A DNA stretch of 64,000 nt from Candidatus Multivoradales bacterium (lineage in GTDB: Bacteria; Acidobacteriota; Thermoanaerobaculia; Multivoradales; Multivoraceae): positions 1,472,001-1,536,000 of the forward strand of contig CBDCWI010000002.1 in NCBI GenBank assembly GCA_965223325.1, written 5' to 3'. Numbering within the stretch: the stretch's first letter is position 1; every line of letters begins with the position of its first letter. Below are positions 59,173-64,000 of the stretch, piece by piece. A program made the translations under genes and the position numbers. The notes below the pieces were generated by a model. It had not been told where the DNA came from. It made no database searches and was given only the letters and a program-made list of their open reading frames with translations.

Positions 59173-62136
59173 TCAGGGGCTAGCGGAAGGCGCCTCGAGA
59201 AGCTCCTCGAGCGGATAGGCGCGCCCGTTCTTGATCGTCGTTTCGACCTCGAGGGTGGCGGCGAGGTCTTCTAATGGGTTGCCGCGCAGAATGACCAGAT
59301 CGGCCAGCTTGCCCTCCTCGATGCTGCCCAGGTCAGAAGCAACACCCACTGCCTCGGCCGCCCACAGGGTCGCCGAGCGTAGAACCTGCCAGGCCGGCAT
59401 TCCGCCTCGCGCGAGCAGCTGGAGCTCGGCGTGTAGACCAAAGCCGTAGGGCACAAAAGGCGAATCGGTACCAGCGGTGACCCGCCCCCCGGCGGCGACG
59501 ATCGCAGCCGGCGTCTTGCCCTGTGCCGCGACTCCTGCTGCAATCATTGGCGCCATGGCCTGTGACCGTGCACGAGTTGCCGCACCCTGGTCGCCATAGA
59601 AGTTCTGGTACTGACGATTGTCGAGCAGCTCGGGCCGTTCGGCAACGAGCAGAAAGTAGCCCGGCAGCACCAGGGTCGGCGTCTGGTTGATGCCCGAACC
59701 GGCGATGATCGCAATCACGTCGCCATAACTGTGGCCCAACGCGCTCACCTTGGGCGAGTAGCCGCGACGACTGGTGGCGCCAATATGTTCGACGGCATCC
59801 ATGCCGCTCTGGGCGGCCGGGAAAATCTCATGCGACGAGGTCGGAATGCCGAGCTCCTGGTGGGCGAAGGCAGCCACTCGTCGCTGCGTGCTGTCTGGCA
59901 GGCGAACGTAGGTCTTGATCATGTCGTAGTCGAGAACCCGGGCGCGCTCGAGAGCCTGCCCGACGTGCGCCGGTGCCGCGGTGCCCTCGGCGACGCTGTA
60001 GTACACCCGGTTGCCGTCGAACAAACGGCCGGAGAAGAACTCGCGCGGCCCGGCACGACGGCCACTTGCCCAGGCTTCACGCCGCTCGAGCGCGTCGTAG
60101 GCGTTGGCACCGGGTTCGCGAACCGAGGTGATGCCAAACGCCAGCCAGGTGCGGCCAAGCTGCTCGCCAAGGCTGACCGATTGGTGGGCGTGCATCTCGA
60201 ACAGGCCAGGAATGACGGTGCGCTCACTGGCGTCGATGACCTCACCGCGGTGGAGCGTCGCGTCATGCGGGCTCACGCGGCGGATGCGGTTGCCGTCGAT
60301 CAGAATGTCGACGTCGCGCTGCAGCGTCTCCGAGCGCCCGTCGAACATTGCACCGGCGTGCACAACGAGGGAGCCTTCGTGCTGCTCCGGCTGCCACTCG
60401 AGGTCGAGGCCAAGGTCAGAGATTTCGCCAGTAGCAATGTCGAGGCGCAGCAAACGATCGCCGGCAAGAAAGACCAGTGCCTCTGAGTCTGCCGTCCAAC
60501 TCGGCTCCTCGGCGAGCTCGGCCGAGAGCGTTCGTGGGGCTCCCGAGATCTGCCGGTCTTCGTCGAGGGTCGCCATCTTGAGCTGACCTTCCTGTAGAAA
60601 GGCCACTCGCGTTCCGTCGGGTGAAAACACCGGCGACAAGAGCGTCAGCTCGGGAGACGGATCGAGCACTATCGGTGGTTCGTCGAACGACGTCACCACG
60701 ATGCCGTAGGTGCCCTCCCGAAAGCGGGTCGAGTCGGGCTGGAGAGCCGAGATCGCAACGGTGTCGTGATCGAGCCAGGAGATCGGTGTTGGCTGGGTGG
60801 GCCTGGGCAAGAGCACCCGGGTTTCTCCGCTCTCGAGGTGAAGGTCGCTGAGCGAGCCACCGAGCGGATTACCCGGGATCGGTGCGAAGTATGCGATGCG
60901 CTCACCATTGGGCGAGAAGACCGCGAAGGTCAGTCCTACTTCGTCCGAGACACGCGTCTCCTGGCCACTTTCGAAATCGCGCACGAACAGACGCATCGGC
61001 CCTTCACGGTCGCTGCTGTAGATCAGGCGCTTGCCATCGGGCGACCACTTCGGTGCCACTTCGACGAAGGGGTCGTCGGTGAGCTGGCGGGTCTTCTTGT
61101 CTTCGAGGATCCAGAGGTCACCCAGAGCGCCGAAGACGACTCGTTTGCCATCGGGTGACACTGCCGGCGTTAGAATCCCGAGCGAGCGTCTCTTGGCAGC
61201 AGAATCGAAGTCACGCTGGCGACGCGTATAGGGCTCACGATCGAACGACAGGGTGGCCTTCCAGGGAACGGTCTCGGCTCCATCCCGATTCAGGTTTCCC
61301 CGTTTGAGAAGGCCGTCGCCGGTATAGACGAACTCGCCATCACCGAGCCAGGCGGCGCGAAACGGGAAGACATCTTCGCCCGCTGCGGTGATCGCTGTCC
61401 CCGTTCGAGACCCCAGGTCGACTCGCATGAGCTTGGTTTGGCTCGCCCGACGGTCGTAGCTCTGAACGAGAAGCGCCCTACCGTCTGGCGAAGCAGAGGT
61501 CCCCGCCAACGCAGCCGTGTCGTCGTAAACCACCGTAGCCTCTCCCGAGCCATCGAGAGGCGCCTCCCAAACGCCAGGCGGGCTGCGCTCGGAAACGAAG
61601 TAGACGGTCGAGCCGTCAGGCGAGAGAGCTGGCGCGAAGTCGTTGGCGGGGTCATGGGTGAGCTGTTTGACCTTCCCCGTTGTCACGTCGAGTACCCAGA
61701 GGTCGTAATTTCCGGCCCGGTCCGAAGAGAACACGACCGAGCCTCCACCCGGCGCCCACACCGGTTCACGATCGTCGACCAGACCATGGGTCAACTGCTC
61801 GAGGCCCTCGCCATCCGGCCCAACGCTCCAGATATGCCAGTTCCCCGAGCGGTAGCTCTGGAAAACGATGCGCGAACCATCCGGAGACCAGGACGGCTGA
61901 CGCGCGTCGCCATAGTGGTCGGTGATCGCCGTGGCATCACCACCGGTGCTCGGAAGAGTCCACAGGGTTCCTTGCAGGTCGATCACTAGCCGGTCACCGC
62001 CCGGCGATGCCGCCACGGCGATGTTGGTTCCGGCACTCAACTCGAGCGTCACGCTGCCCTCCTTCGCCTGGACAGCGAGCGAGTAAAGGGAAAGAAGGGC
62101 CAGGGCGGACGAAAGGACGATGCGGACGGGTGCCAT
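59173..62136 (-). CDS. amidohydrolase with N-terminal TolB-like PD40 propellers, secreted
   Basis: Signal peptide; multiple WSPDG repeats; IPGLFEMHAH, AGTDSP and GSIEEGKLADLV. Confidence 0.88.
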   Translation of the reverse strand: MAPVRIVLSSALALLSLYSLAVQAKEGSVTLELSAGTNIAVAASPGGDRLVIDLQGTLWTLPSTGGDATAITDHYGDARQPSWSPDGSRIVFQSYRSGNWHIWSVGPDGEGLEQLTHGLVDDREPVWAPGGGSVVFSSDRAGNYDLWVLDVTTGKVKQLTHDPANDFAPALSPDGSTVYFVSERSPPGVWEAPLDGSGEATVVYDDTAALAGTSASPDGRALLVQSYDRRASQTKLMRVDLGSRTGTAITAAGEDVFPFRAAWLGDGEFVYTGDGLLKRGNLNRDGAETVPWKATLSFDREPYTRRQRDFDSAAKRRSLGILTPAVSPDGKRVVFGALGDLWILEDKKTRQLTDDPFVEVAPKWSPDGKRLIYSSDREGPMRLFVRDFESGQETRVSDEVGLTFAVFSPNGERIAYFAPIPGNPLGGSLSDLHLESGETRVLLPRPTQPTPISWLDHDTVAISALQPDSTRFREGTYGIVVTSFDEPPIVLDPSPELTLLSPVFSPDGTRVAFLQEGQLKMATLDEDRQISGAPRTLSAELAEEPSWTADSEALVFLAGDRLLRLDIATGEISDLGLDLEWQPEQHEGSLVVHAGAMFDGRSETLQRDVDILIDGNRIRRVSPHDATLHRGEVIDASERTVIPGLFEMHAHQSVSLGEQLGRTWLAFGITSVREPGANAYDALERREAWASGRRAGPREFFSGRLFDGNRVYYSVAEGTAAPAHVGQALERARVLDYDMIKTYVRLPDSTQRRVAAFAHQELGIPTSSHEIFPAAQSGMDAVEHIGATSRRGYSPKVSALGHSYGDVIAIIAGSGINQTPTLVLPGYFLLVAERPELLDNRQYQNFYGDQGAATRARSQAMAPMIAAGVAAQGKTPAAIVAAGGRVTAGTDSPFVPYGFGLHAELQLLARGGMPAWQVLRSATLWAAEAVGVASDLGSIEEGKLADLVILRGNPLEDLAATLEVETTIKNGRAYPLEELLEAPSASP

Positions 62137-62198
62137 GGCAGCACTCCAGAGGGTTTGCGAACTGAGCGGCGGCGGATCGAACGGGAACGAAGGCCAGA

Positions 62199-63053
62199 CT
62201 ACCGGAGCGCCTCGGGACTCGCTGTGGGTGCCTCCCACAGTCTGATCCAGCCCGACTCGACCTCGAGATCGGCGGCCTCGTAGCCGGCCTCACCAGGGAG
62301 TACGACCTGGTAGGCACCCTGAGGGTCGATGACTCGCACGCGCTTGTACTCGAGGCGCTTCTTGGCCACCGCCATCACCTGGTCGGCCGACTGAAAGCGT
62401 GCCAGGCAGGCAACCAGACGCACCGTCGGTGACATCATCTCCATCTCTCCAGCGGCCCAACGCTCGAGCGCCTCTTGTGGCCTGACCCATTCGGTGTTGA
62501 CGATCTCGCCCGCATCGTGGCTCGCGATCTGATCGCTGGGCTTTCGCGCCACCATGAAGCGGGCGTCGAAGCGACGCGGTGGCCCAGGTGGGGTGATGAA
62601 CCGCGCGACTTCTTCAATCGCGGTGACATCGAGCGACAGTCCGTGCTCGAGCAGCACGTCGGCAAAGGTCGTTTCGTCTTCTAGGACGCGGGCGCGCACC
62701 TCCGCCACCAGCTCGGGCGCCACCGCCTCGGCGGCCAGCAACAGGCCCGCCTCTTCGAGCGTTTCGCGACAGGCAGCGATCCACCACGCCAACCCGCCGC
62801 TTTCTACGCCGAGAATCTCGGAGGCAACGGCGTCGGTAAGGCCCCGGCACAGGCGGTCGAAATCACTCTGGTGATCTGCCGGATCGACCCGTCCGCCAGG
62901 GAACACCCAGCTGTCTGGCGCGAAGACCACACGTGCCGTGCGATGCACCATGAGAACGTGCAGGTCGGGCCGGTCGTCAACCAGCATGACGGTCGCCGCC
63001 GGGCTGACCTCGACCGCGTCGGGACCCGAACCTTTCTCGTCTACAGGCTGCAA
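62199..63053 (-). CDS. NUDIX hydrolase (NUDT19-like)
   Basis: PAATVML, WVFPGGRVD, split Nudix box ACRETLEEAG and FITP...RRFDARF; start uncertain. Confidence 0.85.
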   Translation of the reverse strand: MQPVDEKGSGPDAVEVSPAATVMLVDDRPDLHVLMVHRTARVVFAPDSWVFPGGRVDPADHQSDFDRLCRGLTDAVASEILGVESGGLAWWIAACRETLEEAGLLLAAEAVAPELVAEVRARVLEDETTFADVLLEHGLSLDVTAIEEVARFITPPGPPRRFDARFMVARKPSDQIASHDAGEIVNTEWVRPQEALERWAAGEMEMMSPTVRLVACLARFQSADQVMAVAKKRLEYKRVRVIDPQGAYQVVLPGEAGYEAADLEVESGWIRLWEAPTASPEALR

Positions 63054-63077
63054 GAGATTTCCACAGAGTGCCGCAGG

Positions 63078-63998
63078 TCAGGTGAGAAGCGCCTCACTCA
63101 TCTCCCAGAGGCGCTCCGCCGCCTCATCGTTCACCGCGTGCTCGTCGACGCCTGTGAAGCGGGCCATCGGGCTCTCGGGGTCGGTCGGGGCGGCGATGTC
63201 ACAGTCTTCACAGTAAACGCCCGGCTTGCCGACGAGCTGCGGCGCAGAGGCAGCCCACAGCGTCGTAGCGCAACCTTGTTCGGGAGTCTTGAAACCTTGC
63301 TCTGCGAGCGGCGAGGGGGAACCGTCTTCGTTCAACCATCCGAGCTGTACCTGCTCCGCGAGCGAGAGATGCCGTTGGAGGGGCGTGAAGATACCTCCCG
63401 GATGAACAGAGAACGCGAGACCGCCGTCGCCAGCGAGACGACGACTGAGCGCGTTGGCAAACAGGGCGTTGGCGGTCTTGGATTGACCGTAGGCGACCCA
63501 TTTCTCGTAGGCAGAGCTCTCGAACTGGGGGTCGTCCCAACGGACGTCGCTGATCTTGTGACCGGTCGAGGACAGTGCGACAACGCGAGCAGCACCCGCT
63601 TTTCTGAGGACCGGTAGAAGCCCCTCTGTAAGCGCCATGTGGCCAAGGTGGTTGGTACCGAACTGCGCCTCCCAGCCGGGGCCGATTCGGGTGAGCGGAC
63701 AGGCCATGATGCCGGCGTTGTTGATCAGAAGATCGAGGCCCTCGAGCTCCTGGCAGGTGTCACTGGCGAACTTCGCAACCGACCCGAGGTCTCCCAAGTC
63801 CATTGCCGCAACGGTGATGTCTCCCTCCAGCTCGCTGAGGTTCTTTCGTGCCTTGTCCTCGGAGCGCGCCGGAACCAGGATTCGCACACCCTTCTCGGCC
63901 AGCGCACGCACGGTTTCGAGGCCGATCCCGCTGTAGCCACCGGTCACCACCGCTGTCTTGCCAGCCAGATCGATATTGGAGAGCACATCTCGACCGGT
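63078..63998 (-). CDS. SDR oxidoreductase, retinol dehydrogenase-like (5' partial)
   Basis: TGGYSGIG, NNAGIMA and YGQSKTAN; frame stays open to the window edge. Confidence 0.92.
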   Translation of the reverse strand, partial: TGRDVLSNIDLAGKTAVVTGGYSGIGLETVRALAEKGVRILVPARSEDKARKNLSELEGDITVAAMDLGDLGSVAKFASDTCQELEGLDLLINNAGIMACPLTRIGPGWEAQFGTNHLGHMALTEGLLPVLRKAGAARVVALSSTGHKISDVRWDDPQFESSAYEKWVAYGQSKTANALFANALSRRLAGDGGLAFSVHPGGIFTPLQRHLSLAEQVQLGWLNEDGSPSPLAEQGFKTPEQGCATTLWAASAPQLVGKPGVYCEDCDIAAPTDPESPMARFTGVDEHAVNDEAAERLWEMSEALLT

Positions 63999-64000
63999 CG

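Overview
GC-rich, gene-dense bacterial chromosomal window with about 46 CDSs. No rRNA, tRNA, CRISPR array, integrase or transposase was recognised. An acidobacterial-type VWA protein and the overall gene set suggest Acidobacteriota (possibly Thermoanaerobaculia-like); this is an inference. Most genes are secreted or periplasmic hydrolases (two DUF885 proteins, S9 peptidase, serine hydrolase, BNR/VPS10 protein, PhoD, amidohydrolase, PQQ dehydrogenase) and lipid/alkane catabolism genes (acyl-CoA dehydrogenase, thiolase, CYP153-like P450 plus ferredoxin). There is also a 1768-aa Calx-beta autotransporter adhesin, uup, an rhlE-RRM pair and a wzm-wzt-radical SAM-GT4-GT2 glycan operon. The best leads are: (1) a radical SAM/SPASM enzyme with a possible RRE-like N-terminus inside a glycan-export operon; (2) a minimal ToxR/CadC-like membrane regulator facing a multi-TM gene across three repeats spaced exactly 11 bp apart; (3) a helicase-RRM locus surrounded by structured RNA; (4) a ~187-bp MITE/REPIN-like element that supplies the adhesin stop codon; (5) an internally deleted DUF6503-like relic. 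All calls come from reading motifs by eye; no searches or folding programs were run, and novelty is unverified.
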